DNA of 64,000 nucleotides from assembly GCA_038087875.1 (NCBI GenBank), contig CM075987.1, positions 26,104,001 to 26,168,000 of the forward strand, written 5' to 3'. Shown here one piece after another: positions 12,916 to 25,236 of this stretch. The position numbers and the translations under genes were made by a program. This DNA comes from Malacoraja senta (Eukaryota). Under the pieces are notes generated by a model. The model did not search any database, was not told the DNA's origin, and saw nothing but the letters and a program-made list of their open reading frames with translations. The first letter of the stretch is position 1, and every line of letters starts with the position of its first letter.

Positions 12916-13664
12916 TTCACTATTTCACTATTCACTATTGTTGGAACAGCAAACTAATTGAACCCATTTTCAACGAGTTTTGAGAAGCTTGTGTGAAGGC
13001 AATTTACTTTCGAAAGGACGGCGCTTAATTCTGCTTTTATTCCGAAAACCTTTCTGTGGAGAGAGAGAAAAAAATCAAGGCATGGAGTGTTGATTGTTTT
13101 TGTTCCAATTTAGCTGTAATGATCAATTATGACAGAGAGAGTTCTGCTTTTCTTTCTGCAGTGAAATTGTTCTGCTGGCACTGGCTGGAATCAAATCCTC
13201 ATTATTTTACCCTCAAGAGCCAGTTGTAAGCAACATATTCACCAACTAGCAGTGATAGAGTTGACCCTTTCATCCTCATCAGCAGTTCAAATATGCACAT
13301 GCCAACAGGACTGGAAACATAGATTGATAGCACTGAAGCCAGGCACAAAAATGCTGGAGTAATTCAGCGGGACAGGCAGCATCTCTGGAGAGGAGGATGT
13401 TTTGGTTACGGTTTAGTTTATTGTCACGTGTAACGAGGTACAGTGAAAAGCTTTTGTTGCGTGCTATCCAGCCAACGGAAAGACAATACATGATTACAAT
13501 CCAGCTGTCCACAGTGTACAGATACACGATAAGGGAATAACGTTTAGGGCAAGGTAATGTCCGATCAAAGCAAGCTCCATGGTGGCGCAGTGGTAGAGTT
13601 GCTGCCTTACAGCGCTTGCAGCGCCAGAGACCTGGGTACGATCAATTAACCTACAAACTTACGA

Positions 13665-14185
13665 ATACATAGATACATAGATACATAGAAAATAGGTGCA
13701 GGAGTAGGCCATTCGGCCCTTTGAGCCTGCACCGCCATTCAATATGATCATGGCTGATCATCCAACTCAGTATCCCGTACCTGCCTTCTCTCCATACCCC
13801 CTGATTCCACAAGGGCCACATCTAACTCCCTCTTAAATATAGCCAATGAACTGGCCTCAACTACCCTCTGTGGCAGAGTTCCAGAGATTCACCACTCTCT
13901 GTGTGAAAACGTTTTTCCTCATCTCGGTCTTAAAGGATTTCCCCCTTATCCTTAAGCTGTGACCCCTTGTCCTGGACTTCCCCAACATCGGGAACAATCT
14001 TCCTGCATCTAGCCTGTCCAACCCCATAAGAATTTTGTACGTTTCTATAAGATCCCCTCTCAATCTCCTAAATTCTAGCGAGTATAAGCCAAGTCTATCC
14101 AGTCTTTCTTCATCTGAAAGTCCTGACATCCCAGGAATCAGTCTGGTGAACCTTCTCTGTACTCCCTCTATGGCTATAATGTCCT
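13665..14185 (-). mobile_element. CR1 3' fragment with (catagata)n tail
   Basis: ORF 13857-14273 contains [18 protein letters not shown]...QRVVNLWNS. Confidence 0.9.
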
Positions 14186-14981
14186 TCCCGCCAGAATGTG
14201 GGGGGAAACAGGAGCACCCGGAGAAAACCCACGCGGTCACAGGGAGAACGTACAAACTCCCTACACACAGCACTTGCAGTCAGTATCAAACCCAGATCTG
14301 TGAGGCAGCAACTCTACCGCTGCACCACCTTGTCACCATAAAAAATGCCATAAAATAAGCCCTCTTTAAAATAGTATACTGTATGTTTTAAAAGAAGAAA
14401 GGAAAAGAAAATTGCATGTCAACTATTTTAAAATTGGGTGCTGAATGATTTTCCACTGATTGAATAAATAATTACTCATTTCTAATATGTCCATATAATG
14501 TGAATGGGTGATTACCCTTTGAAATTGGTTTTTTATTTCTATGGGTAGCAAAATGCTGTTACATCACCACATAGGAAAGCTGAATCTGAAGATTTGGATC
14601 ATTGCTAATCTCATTCTTATACAAAGAAAACTTCAAATAGGGTCATCGAGTGAAACAGCGTGGAAACAAGCCCTTCGGTCCAACTTGCCCACACCGGCCA
14701 ACATGTCCCAGCTACACTAGTCCCACCTGCCCGCGTTTGGTCCATATCCCGATGGTCCCTACCTCAACTACCTCCTCTGGCAGGTCATTCCATACACCCA
14801 ACAGCTTTTGTGTAAAAAAGTTGCCCCTCGAGTTCCTATTACATCTTTTCCCCCTCATAAACCTATGTCTTCTGGTCCTCGATTCCCCTTACTCTGGGCA
14901 AGAGACTCTGTGCATCTAGCCCGATCTATTCCTCTCATAATCTTGTACACCTCTATAAGAACAAAACAAGTTCTAATAACA

Positions 14982-15069
14982 GGTACACAAAAATGCTGGA
15001 GAAACTCAGCGGGTGCAGCAGCATCTATGGAGCGAAGGAAATAGGCAACGTTTCGGGCCGAAACCCTTC
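14982..15069 (-). mobile_element. Solo PLE tail insertion
   Basis: Perfect 15-bp TSD caagttctaataaca at 14967-14981 and 15070-15084. Confidence 0.85.
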
Positions 15070-15259
15070 CAAGTTCTAATAACAATCTGATTATGCTGTG
15101 GTTGCAGCTACTGTGAATGGTATCCTTAAACAAAAACAAATCCCAAATTTAGTTTTAATGATTTCAATTTGAATCCACCATTTTGAATCCACCATTTGCT
15201 TTGATGAGACCTGGTGATGAGATGAATGTTCCAAAATTCTGGCTGTTTGTTCCATAATT

Positions 15260-15545
15260 GGGCGGCATGGTGGCGCAGCAGTAGAGTTGCTGCCTTACAT
15301 TACCAGGGACCCAGGTTCAATCCTGACTATGGGTCCTGTCTGGACGGAGTTTGTACGTTCTCCCCGTGACCTGCGTGGTTTTCCTCCCACACTCCAAAGA
15401 CGCTCAGACTTGTAGGATAATTGGCTTGACAGCAATTGTCAAATTGTCCCCGGTGCGTGCAGGATAGCGGTAGTGTGCGGGGATCGCTGGTCGGCGCGGA
15501 CCCGTTGGACCAAAGGGTCTGTTTCCTTGCTGTATCTTTACACTG
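15260..15545 (+). mobile_element. tRNA-derived SINE
   Basis: Family copy. Confidence 0.85.
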
Positions 15546-16055
15546 AATTTAAAAAAATCACCTGACTCGGTAGGAACCGAATCCTACGCAACTCGGATTG
15601 AAATGTGTACAAACAGCAGAACCGCAACAGTTGTATTTCCACTCAGACACTTGTTGCTGCAGTTATGTGCGTCTACCCGATCTATTCCTCTCAAGAGATG
15701 AACAGGACTTTATCCTTCCACCTGACAAATCTTTCTTCCGCATTGACGATAACCTCAAACAATCAATTGGTTTGTCTGATCTGCGAGGTGCCTTCAGTGA
15801 ATTACAAGGTCATTAGTAAGACTTGATGTGCTCTCTGGTGACAGCAGTGGACTCAGCCGGGGCAAGTGAAAATCAGGCACTATCAATTTGTCAATACATC
15901 CCTTGGTGCTTGTCAGGCTCTGCACCTCTCTCTTAAACCATCGTTCATCACCTTGACCTGTTCGATGTGTTGACCTCTCCTTTAGTTTAAGGTACACAAA
16001 AATGCTGGAGAAACTCAGCGGGTGCAGCAGCATCTATGGAGCGAAGGAAATAGGT

Positions 16056-16083
16056 AACGTTTCGGGCCGAAACCCTTCTTCAG
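16056..16083 (-). ncRNA. Hammerhead-ribozyme-like core in the PLE tail
   Basis: CUGAAGA-A-GGG[UUUCGG]CCC-GAAAC-GUU; helix I is only ~2 bp, so activity is unproven. Confidence 0.5.
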
Positions 16084-16199
16084 ACTGATAGGGGGTGGGG
16101 AGAAGAAAGGAAAAAAGGAAAAGGAGGAGGAGGAGCCCGAGGGCTGGGGGATGGGAGGAGGCAACCAGATGGCTGATGAAGGGGAGGGGACAGCCAGGG

Positions 16200-16540
16200 C
16201 TAGCAGAATTGGGAGAATTCAACGTTCAGGCCACCAGGATGTAGACTGCCCAAGCGGAATATGAGGTGCATTTCCTCCAATTTACGGTGTTGCTCGCTGT
16301 GGCCATGGAGGAGACCCAGGACAGAGAGGTCAGATACGGAATGGGAGGGGGAGTTGAAGTGTTGAGCCACCGGGAGTTCAGGTTGGTTATTGCGGACCGA
16401 CCGGAGGTGTTCGGCGAAACGATCGCCAAGCCTCCGCTTGGTCTCACCGATGTAGATCAGCTGGCATCTAGAGCAGCGAATGCAATAGATGAGGTTGGAG
16501 GAGATGCAGGTGAACCTCTGTCGCACCTGGAACGACTGCT
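16200..16540 (-). pseudogene. GIY-YIG endonuclease domain of the PLE ORF
   Basis: C-terminal part of ORF 16200-16733: LIY...YIGET, with C-C-H-H residues. Confidence 0.88.
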
Positions 16541-18885
16541 TGGGTCCTGGAATGGAGTGGAGGGGGGAGTGAAGGGACAAGTGTTGCATCTCTTGCGGTT
16601 GCAAGGGAAAGTACCAGGGGAGGGGGTGGTATGGAGGGAAGGGAAGAATTGACAAGGGAGTTACGGAGGGAGCGGTCTTTGCGGAAGGCAGACATGGGGG
16701 GAGATGGGAAGATGTGGCGAGTGGTGGGGTCACGTTGGAGGTGGCGAAACTGACGGAGGATCACTTGTTGTATGTGACGGCTGGTGGGGTGAAAGGTGAG
16801 GACTAGGGGACTGTGCCTTTGTTGTGAGTGGGGGGGGATGGATGGGGAGAGAGAGCAGTGTTGCGGGGTATGGCAGAGACCCTGGTGCGAGCCTCATCTA
16901 TGGTGGAGGAGGGGAACCCCCGTTCCTGAAGAATGAGGACATTTCAGATGCCCTGGTGTGGAACGCCTCATCCTGGGAGCAGATGCGGCGTAGACGGAGG
17001 AATTGGGAGTGGGGGATGGAGTCCTTACAGGAAGCAGGGGTGGGAAGAAGTGTAGTCCAGATAGCCATGGGAGTCGGTAGGTTTGTAGTGGATGTCGTAA
17101 GGAGTCTATCACTGCGATGGAGATAGTGAGGTCAAGGAATGGTAGGGAAGTGTCGGAAATGGTCCAGGTGTATTGAGTGCCGGATGGAAGTTGGTGGTGA
17201 AGCGGATGAAGTCAGTCAGTTGTGTGTGGGTGCAGGATGTGCACCAAAACAATCATTCGATGTAGCGGAGGTAGAGGTCGGGGATGGGGCCCTGGTACGC
17301 ATTGAACAGGGATTGTTCTACGTACCCGACAAAGAGGCAGGCGTAGCTGGGGCCCATGCGTGTGCCCATAGCTACGCCTTGTATTTGGAGGAAATGGGAG
17401 GAGTCAAATGAAAAGTTATTAAGTGTAAGTACCAGCTCCGCTAGGCGGAGGAGGGTGTCAGTGGCCGGGTATAGATTGCTTCTACGGTCGAGAAAAATCG
17501 GAGGGCTTTGAGACCATCCTGGTGGGGGATGGAGGTGTACAATGACTGGACGTCCATGGTGAAGATGAGGGGGTGAGGGCCTAGAGAGTGGAATCGCGGA
17601 GATGACGGAGAGTGTCTGAGGTGTCTTGAACATAGGTGGGGAGGATTTAACCAAGGGGGATATGTATGGAGTCGAGGTAGGTGGAGATGAGTTCGGTGGG
17701 CACGAACAGGCAGAGACAATGGGTCTACCGGGACAGTCAGGTTTGTCGATTTTGGGGAGAAGGTAAAAGCGGGCTGTGCGGGGCTGTGGGATCGATGAGG
17801 TTGGAGGCTTGGTCGGGCAGGGCGTGGAGTGGATGAAGTTGGTGATGGTGCTGGAGATGGTGGCCTGGTGCTCGTCAGTGGGGTCATGGTCCAGGGGTAA
17901 GTAGGAAGAGGTTGTCCGAGAGGTTGGCGCGTGGCCTCAGCTTTGTAGAGGTCGACGCGCCAGACTACCACGGCACCTCCCTTGTCGGCGGGTTGATAAC
18001 CCAATCTAGGTTGTTGCGGAGTGAGTCGATGGCAGTGCGTTCAAGGGGGAGAGATTGGAGTGAGACAGGGGAGTGGAGAAGTTGAGGCGGTTGATGTCAC
18101 GGCGGCAGTTTTTAATAAAGAGTTCTAAAGCCGAAGGCTGCGAGGGGGGTTCCATGAGGATGGGGTGCGTTGGAGACGGGAAAAGGGTCATCAGTGGGGA
18201 GCGAGGACTGCTTCCCATGGAAGTGAGCTGTGAGGCGGAGGCGACGGTAGAAGCGTTCCAAGTCATGGAGGGCACGGAACTCATTGAGATGGGGACGGAG
18301 GGGGACAAAGGTAAGACCTCTGCTGAGGACAGACCGTTCGATGTCGGAGAGGGGGGAGGTCGGGGGGGATGGTGAACACCCGGCAGGGATGGGGGTTGGG
18401 GGCGGAGGAAGGCAGGTGGGTGTAATGGGGACGAGGCGATGTGTGGTGGGGGGGTGGTGGGTGGTCAGGGGGTGGGGGGTGAGAGGGCAGTGGTGTGGGT
18501 GTGGAAGAGAAGTGGTCCATAGTTGGAGGAGGGATGGGGAAGAATCAGTGGAACTGCCACTGAGATAACCAGGGCTAGGCAGACTAGCGCTAGATCCAGT
18601 GGAGTCAAACCCAGGAGAGTGGGAGTGAGCAGCGTGGAGGCTTCAGGCCCAGTACAGAGTCCAGTTTGCAGGTAAGGCGACGGCTGCGGGCTGCTGGAGG
18701 GAGGTGCGGTGGCGAGGGTCAGCGGACCCGACGGTCGGGGTCCGTGGGCAGTGTAGTCGGGGTCGGTGGGGCTGGAGGGAGGTGCAGTGGCGAGGGTCGG
18801 CGGAACCCGATGGTCGGGGTAGGTGGGCAGTAGAGTCGGGGTCCACGGGCGATGCGTGGGAGGTCCCGGTAGGCGGATGGTCGGT

Positions 18886-19236
18886 GTTTAGTTCAGTTTA
18901 GTTTAGTTCAGTTTAGTTCAGTTTAGTTTTGTTTAAAGATACAGCGTCGAAACAGGCCCTTCGGCCCCTTACCGTGTCCGCGCCAACCAGCGATCCCCGC
19001 ACCCTAGCACTATCCTACACACTCCAGGGACAATTTACAATTATACCTAATCCAATTAGCCGACAAACCCGTAGGTCTTTGGCGTGTGGGAGGAAACCGG
19101 AACCTCCGGAAAAAAAACCCACGCAGGTCACGGGAGAAGGTAGAAACTCTGTACAGACGGCACCCGTAGTCAGGATCGAACCCGGGTCTCTGGCGCAGTG
19201 AGGAAGCAACTCTACCGCTGTGCCACCGTGCCACCC
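18886..19236 (-). mobile_element. tRNA-derived SINE
   Basis: Full reverse copy; the PLE sits in its (tttag)n tail. Confidence 0.88.
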
Positions 19237-19759
19237 CATCTTTCTGTCCTCCTTAGATGAAAGGCAGGAGTAGGTCCCTGCTCCTTTGATAACCAGTTTT
19301 AAGCTGGCTTTGTGTTTGCTTTTTTGGGGGGAAAATAAAATTATATTTTGTTGCTTGCAATATACCAGTGCTCAAGATCTTTGCAGCGAAAATATGAAAA
19401 GATATTGTAAATTGGATAACAATATAATTTTAAAACAGGACACGAGTTAATTATAATAATTAAACTTCTAATAAGCATTACGTGATTAATACTGTATTAG
19501 GAATTATTCAAGGAACCTTACTGTTAAATATTAATGACCTCAAATGAGAAATTATGAAATTATAACCATATTGCTGTTTGCCATTAACTTAGAATTCCAT
19601 ATTTCCAAATCCCGCTGTTGCTTGTCTCCTGACTTTAACCACCTCTCTGCTGTGAATTTAATTCAGTTGATATAATTTTCCTTCCCAAAAAAATAGTTGA
19701 GAATTCAACTCTCTCAGCACCACTTTCAAAACCCACACTTTCCACTACTATATGCATAG

Positions 19760-19882
19760 CATCATGAGAGGACTAGATCGGGTAGACGCACAGAGTCTCT
19801 TGCCCAGAGTAGGTGAATCGAGGTCCAGAGGACATAGGTTTAAGGTGAAGGGGAAAAGATTTAATAGGAATCTGAGGGGTAG

Positions 19883-19913
<31 letters not shown>

Positions 19914-20210
19914 TTTGTTTTTTTAAGAGCCCTATCTAGCTCTCTCTTGAAAGCATCCAGAGAACCTGCCTCCACCGCCCTCTGAGGCAGAGAATTCCAC
20001 AGACTCACCACTCTCTGTGAGAAAAAGTGTTTTGTCATCTCCGTTCTAAATGGCTTACCCCTTATTCTTAAACTGTGGCCCCTGGTTCTGGAACCTACGC
20101 TGCACTCCCTCAATAGCAAGAATGTCCTTCCTCCTCAAATTTGGAGACCAAAACTGCACACAATACTCCAGGTGTGGTCTCACTAGGGCCCTGTACAACT
20201 GCAGAAGGAC
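19760..20210. mobile_element. Cluster of CR1 fragments in both orientations
   Basis: MRGLDRVDAQSLLPRVGESRSRGH (+); [19 protein letters not shown] (-). Confidence 0.85.
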
Positions 20211-21119
20211 CACCAGCTCCCCGATGTTAAAGTCCGCAGGCTCCCGCGGTTGGAGCTCCGAGGTCAAGCCCTGGCAAAGGGATCGCCAGCTCCACGATGG
20301 TAGGCCCCGCAGGCTCCTGAAGTCGGTCTCCAGCAAAGGCCGCCAACTCCACCATGTTAGGCCGCAGTGCGGACAGAGATGCTATACGGAAAAATACTGC
20401 ATCTCCGTCGAGGAGAGAAGTTGAGAACTTCTTCAAAGTGGTCACAAGTTGAGGAGCTTCCGCAGTGGAGCAGTCTGCATGTTCTCCCCGTGACTGGGTG
20501 GAGTTCCAGTTTCTTCCCACACTCAAAGGACGTACAGGTTTGTTGGTTAATTGGCTGAGGTAAAAATCGTAAAATGTCTCAAGTGCGTAGGGTAGTGTTA
20601 GTGTGCGGGGATCGCTGGGCGGCGCGGACTCGGTGGGCCGAAGGGCCTGTTTCCGCGCTGTATCTCTAAAGTCTAAAGATGCTGCTTGACCCATAGGCTT
20701 CCTCCAGCAGTTTCTTTGCTTTGCCCCAGATTTCAGCATCATGTCTCCAGATGTTTAACCTTTGCACCCAAGGATTAAGTGGGCACCGTTGCCATTTATC
20801 ATCAATCCTGTTAAAACTAATCAAATTTCTGTTCAGTGCTTCGAGAGCTTCATAAAACACGTTCTGCTTGGTTGGGGCCTGTTAGTTTTGAGATTAAGTC
20901 AAAATGATCTGCCTATGTGACAGTTGGATGATATTATGGGATAAACAGCATTCTCAAGTGAAACACCATAGCTTTGGTACATTTGCATAAGTTGCTAATA
21001 AACCTGATGGGATATTGCACCAGCGTCTTCTCATAGGTAATATAGAGATGATAGGACAGTACAGGAGCAGGAACAGGCCCTTCGACCCACAATGTCTGTG
21101 TCAAACATGATGCTCAGAT

Positions 21120-21750
21120 GGGCGGCACGGTGGCGCAGCGGTAGAGATGCTGCCTCAAAGCCCTGTCCCACGGTACGAGTTCATTCCAAGAGCTCTCCCG
21201 AGTTTGCCCTGATTCGAACTCGGAGATTTACGGTAATGGCCACTCGTCGGTACCCGGGGCTCTCATGGACATTTTTCAACATGTTGAAAAATCTTCACGA
21301 GTCTTCCCGTGCTTACCTGCCGTTAGCGAGTCTTCCCGAGTACCTGCCGTTAGCGTTACGAGCCGGTAAGAGACGTCCCCGAGCTCCGACGTACCCGCTA
21401 CGTTCATTCTCCGTGCTTACCACCAGTTCGATTTTTTTTAAACTCGGGAGAGCTCTTGGAATGAACTCGTACCGTGGGACAGGGCTTTTACAGCGCAAGA
21501 GACCCGGGTTTGATCCTGACTGCGGGTGCTTGTCTGTACGTTCTCCCCGTGACCTGCGTGGGTTTTCTACGGGAGCACCTGCTCTCCACAGACGTACTGG
21601 TTTGTAGGTTAATAGGCCTCAGTTAAATTGTAAATTGTTCCTAGTGTGTGTGGGATAATGTTAGTGTGCGGGGATCGCTGGTCGGTGTGGACTCGATGGG
21701 CCGAAGGGCCTGATCCCGCTCTGTGTCTCGAAGCTAAACTGAACTAAATA
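21120..21750 (+). mobile_element. tRNA-derived SINE interrupted by a MITE
   Basis: Head 21120-21157 resumes at 21488. Confidence 0.85.
21158..21487. mobile_element. PIF/Harbinger-like MITE
   Basis: TIR aagccctgtcccacggtacgag...ctcgtaccgtgggacagggctt; 3-bp TSD TCA/TTA. Confidence 0.88.
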
Positions 21751-21974
21751 AACCACTCCTCTCTGCCCAATCCATATCCCTCCACTCCCTACATTTCCAA
21801 GTGCCTTGCCAAAAGCCTCTGAAGCACCATCTCCCTGGCAGCGTGTTCCAGGCACCTACCAACCTCTGAATCTTTCCCCTGCACGTCTCCTTCAAGCTTC
21901 GCCCCTCTCACCTTAAAGCTCTGCCCTCCACTTTTGGATATTTCCACCAGCATCTGGAAAAAACGGTTTTCTTT

Positions 21975-22137
21975 GTCGCCTGTATGGTCGTGAGTCGTCT
22001 CCTCAGTCCCCCAAAGAGTCGTAGCGTCTTTCTGGTAGCCGCTGGATTTTCAACATGTTGAACATTTTCGGTGACCTGCAACGACCTATGACGGGTGCCG
22101 GCAGTCACCGAAAAAGTCCCGTAAGTGGGACAGGCCC
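21975..22137. mobile_element. Partial Harbinger-like MITE
   Basis: Single terminus aagtgggacaggccc; interior similar to 8825-8925. Confidence 0.65.
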
Positions 22138-22457
22138 GTAAACCTCTCATAATTTAATCAACAATTTGTATTCATAATTGCTTTCCAGTAACCAAACTGG
22201 GAAATCGATGTGCGGAAAGGAACCGCAGATGCTGGTTTATCCCGAAGGTAGACGCAATGTTCTGGACGGGCATAAGTTTGTAAGTTCATTTGTTCTAGGA
22301 GCAGAATTAAGCCATTGGCCTGACTCTGCCGCTGCACCACCGTGCTGCCCTTAAATACGCTACAAAGGCTGTTCACTGTACCTCGGTACACGGGACGATA
22401 ACAAATAAACTAATGACATGACATTCCAGATGTTTAGGAGGCTGCTAAGCTCGAGTG

Positions 22458-22780
22458 AACGGTGGCGCAGCGGTAGAGTTGCTGCCTTCCAGCGAATGCT
22501 GCGCCGGAGACCCGGGTTCGATCCCGACTACGGGTGCTGCCTGCACGGAGTTTGTACCTTCTCCCCGTGACCTGCGTGGGTTTTTCTCCGAGATCTTCGG
22601 TTTCCTCCCACACTCCAAAGACGTGCGGGTTTGTAGGTCAACTGGCTTGGTGTCAATGTAAAAATTGTCCCTATCGGGTGTCGGATAGTGTTAGTGTGCG
22701 GGGATCGCTGGTCGGCACGGACCCAGTGGGCCGAAGGGCCTGTTCCGCGCTATATCTCTCAACTAAATCTAAAACTAAAC
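22458..22780 (+). mobile_element. tRNA-derived SINE
   Basis: Family copy. Confidence 0.88.
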
Positions 22781-23471
22781 ACATGAGGTTCCGACAGGCA
22801 AAGTACAGGAGACCAAAAGAGTGCACGGTGCATTTTATTAGCCTCGTTAATGAACATCAGCTGAAATATCCACCGTTAGAAGCTTGTCACAAAACTGAAG
22901 CTGATAGCTCCATAATATAAGAACTGCTATTACAGTTCTGAAACAGACTTTAAATTACATGGTGGGTGGTGAAACTTTGCACAGTGGCGCAGATTTATGG
23001 ATGCATTGGTCACGAGGATAGATAAAAAACCATGTTGACAGTGGGATGATGCAATAAATGATTATGGTATCGGGAGATAACATGAACGGAAATGTCAATG
23101 CTCCTGTCCCTCAAGGCAAAGAAAGAACTGGATGACACTAACACTCATCTTTCAAGTACTACTACACAGCAATTGATGGTTAGAGTTAGATTTGCATCAG
23201 CTAATTAAAATCTTAACACTTTTCTTTCGTCATAAGGTCATAAGTGATAGGAGCAGAATTAGGCCATTCGGCCCATCGAGTCCACTCCACCGTTCAATCG
23301 AGGCCGGTCTATCCCTCCCTCCTACCTCCAATTCTCCTGCCTTCTCCCTGTAACCCCTGACACCGTACTAATCAAGAAATCTATCTGTCTCTGCCTTAGA
23401 AATATCCTCTGACTTGGCCTCAACAGCCGTCTGTGGCAAAGAATTCCACAGATTCACCACCCTCTGACTAA

Positions 23472-24147
23472 AGGCTCTGTCTTACCTGTTTGCGGTCATC
23501 GGCGGTGAAGCGCGGCGTCGCGGTAGCGGGGACCGCACGGCAACGGCGAGAGCGCCAAGCCTATCCACGGGAGCGCCGCTCGGATGCTGCGCGGGGGCCG
23601 AGTAATTCAACACGGCGGGTCCCCACGTGCTTGCGGTAAGTAAAAAAAAGGGCGGGCCGACTGCGATGACGTCGGCCGGCCGCACGTGACTCACTAGCGG
23701 CGGCTGTGGCGGCGGCCGTCCTGATCGCGGCGCTGTAGCGGTGGCTGTGCCTGCGGCCGTGCCGCACACACGTGCCTCACTGGCGGAGGCTGTGGCGGTG
23801 GAGGTTTGACGCACGGCGCTCGAGCCACACTGGCGGCGGCCCGTGCGGGCGGCCGTGCCGCACACGTGCCTCACTGGCGGAGGCTGTGGCAGTGGAGGTT
23901 TGACGCACGGCGCTCGAGCCACACTGGTGGCGGCCCGTGCGGGCGGCCGTGCCGCACTTGTGCATCACTGGTGGAGGTGGTGCGGTGAGTATATAGTTCT
24001 CAACATTGACGGTTTTATTTTAGCACCGTGCTTTGGGAACACCGCCGCACGGCCCCCGGAATTGTACGTTCTCACGAGTGCGCAGTCTATGGCGGCAGAT
24101 TCTTCCCGTTTCGCCGCCAATGACCGCAGACTCGTGAGACAGGCCTT
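23472..24147. mobile_element. GC/CpG-rich Harbinger-like non-autonomous element inserted in a CR1 fragment
   Basis: Imperfect ~45-bp TIR (aggctctgtcttac..tgcggtcatcggcgg / ccgccaatgaccgcagactcgtgagacaggcctt); TAA TSD at 23469-71 and 24148-50; CR1 (23230-23471) resumes afterwards. Confidence 0.8.
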
Positions 24148-24547
24148 TAAAGACTTCATATGAAACCATAATTGATCTGCACAGTTTTGCTGTACCACCC
24201 TATGTTGGACTTGCACCATAAAAATATACGACTTCATTGGATTTTTCCAGCACATAATGGCTTCAATTTGACTGTAGGTGTAAATCAGTGTGGTAGATGT
24301 TCCAATCACTTTTCAATTCCAGTTATGAATAATTTAGCGTGACTCGTCTCTTTATTTGTCCCTCTTGTTTCCTTCTCTAACACAAGGAGAAGCTTACTCT
24401 GCCACAAGTTGTTTCAATTGCTGCTACATCAGTAGAAACTCTTGGGTCTGGTATTGCTATTCTGTATCCCTCTAAAACTTTATTGTATTTACCAGCTCCA
24501 CCAGTTCCAAAAACTTGTTTGACGTGATGCCAGGGACTTGAAACTAA

Positions 24548-24800
24548 TTTTTAGTTTGGTTTAGTTTAGCGACACAAAGGAGCGGAAACAGCAAGGAGTC
24601 CGCGCCGACCAGCGATCCCCGCACTTTAACGCTACCCTGCACACACTCGGGACAATTTATATTTATACCAAGCCAATGAGCTCTACAAAACTTTGGAGGT
24701 CTCGGAGAAAACCTACGCAGATCACGGGGAAAACTTGCAAACTCCGTACAGACAGCACCCGCAGTCGGGATCGAACCCGAGTCTCTGTTGCTGTGAGGCA
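24548..24800 (-). mobile_element. tRNA-derived SINE
   Basis: Reverse, degenerate copy. Confidence 0.75.
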
Positions 24801-24935
24801 AAGGTTATCTTACTGTTTAGACAAAGGAGCATATTAGGTTAAAATGGGGGGGGGGGGGCATGATAAATGCAAACATCAATTACAACTTGGACAAGCGACA
24901 GTAAGTGCTTTGAATAGTGAGCTCTAGAGTCATAG

Positions 24936-25236
24936 GTAGATAAAAATGTGGAAGAACTCAGCGGGTGAGGCAGCATCTATGGAGCGAAGGAATAGGCGAC
25001 GTTTCGGGTCAAGATCCTTCAGACTGATGTGGAGGAGGGGGGAGGCGGGAAGAAGAAAGGAAGAGGTGGAGACAGTGGGCTGTGGGAGAGCTGGGAAGGG
25101 AGGGGAAGGAGGGGAGAAAGCAAGGACTACCTGAAATTGGAGAAGTCAATGTTCAAAGCTTACCACAGTCAAACGTACCACAGCCACATTTGCTCTCTCG
25201 TGACTTGCCAGCGCCTCCATCTTGTATCTTCGTCTA
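24936..25236 (-). mobile_element. PLE 3' fragment with ~80 bp filler
   Basis: 14-bp TSD ctctagagtcatag at 24922-24935 and 25237-25250. Confidence 0.8.

Larger units (their letters stand above)
15990..18885 (-). mobile_element. Near full-length Penelope-like retroelement (Neptune-like), frameshifted RT plus GIY-YIG endonuclease
   Basis: RT motifs PADKGGAVVVW, FTMDVQSLYTSIPHQDG, QIQGVAMGTRMGPSYACLF, YLRYI(DD); Cys-rich linker PGTFPCNRKRCNTCP; endonuclease NLIYCIRCSRCQLIYIGETKRRLGDRFAEH...VAQHFNS...HLIFRLGSL; spread over several frames. Confidence 0.92.

Noticed and set aside
23755..23985. CRISPR-like array (also considered for 18685-18845 and 54930-55710)
   Set aside because: Head-to-tail tandem units without unique spacers, in a vertebrate context with no cas genes.
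23482..24163. Host gene promoter CpG island or GC-rich ORFs
   Set aside because: Entirely enclosed by TIRs and a TAA TSD inside a CR1 fragment.
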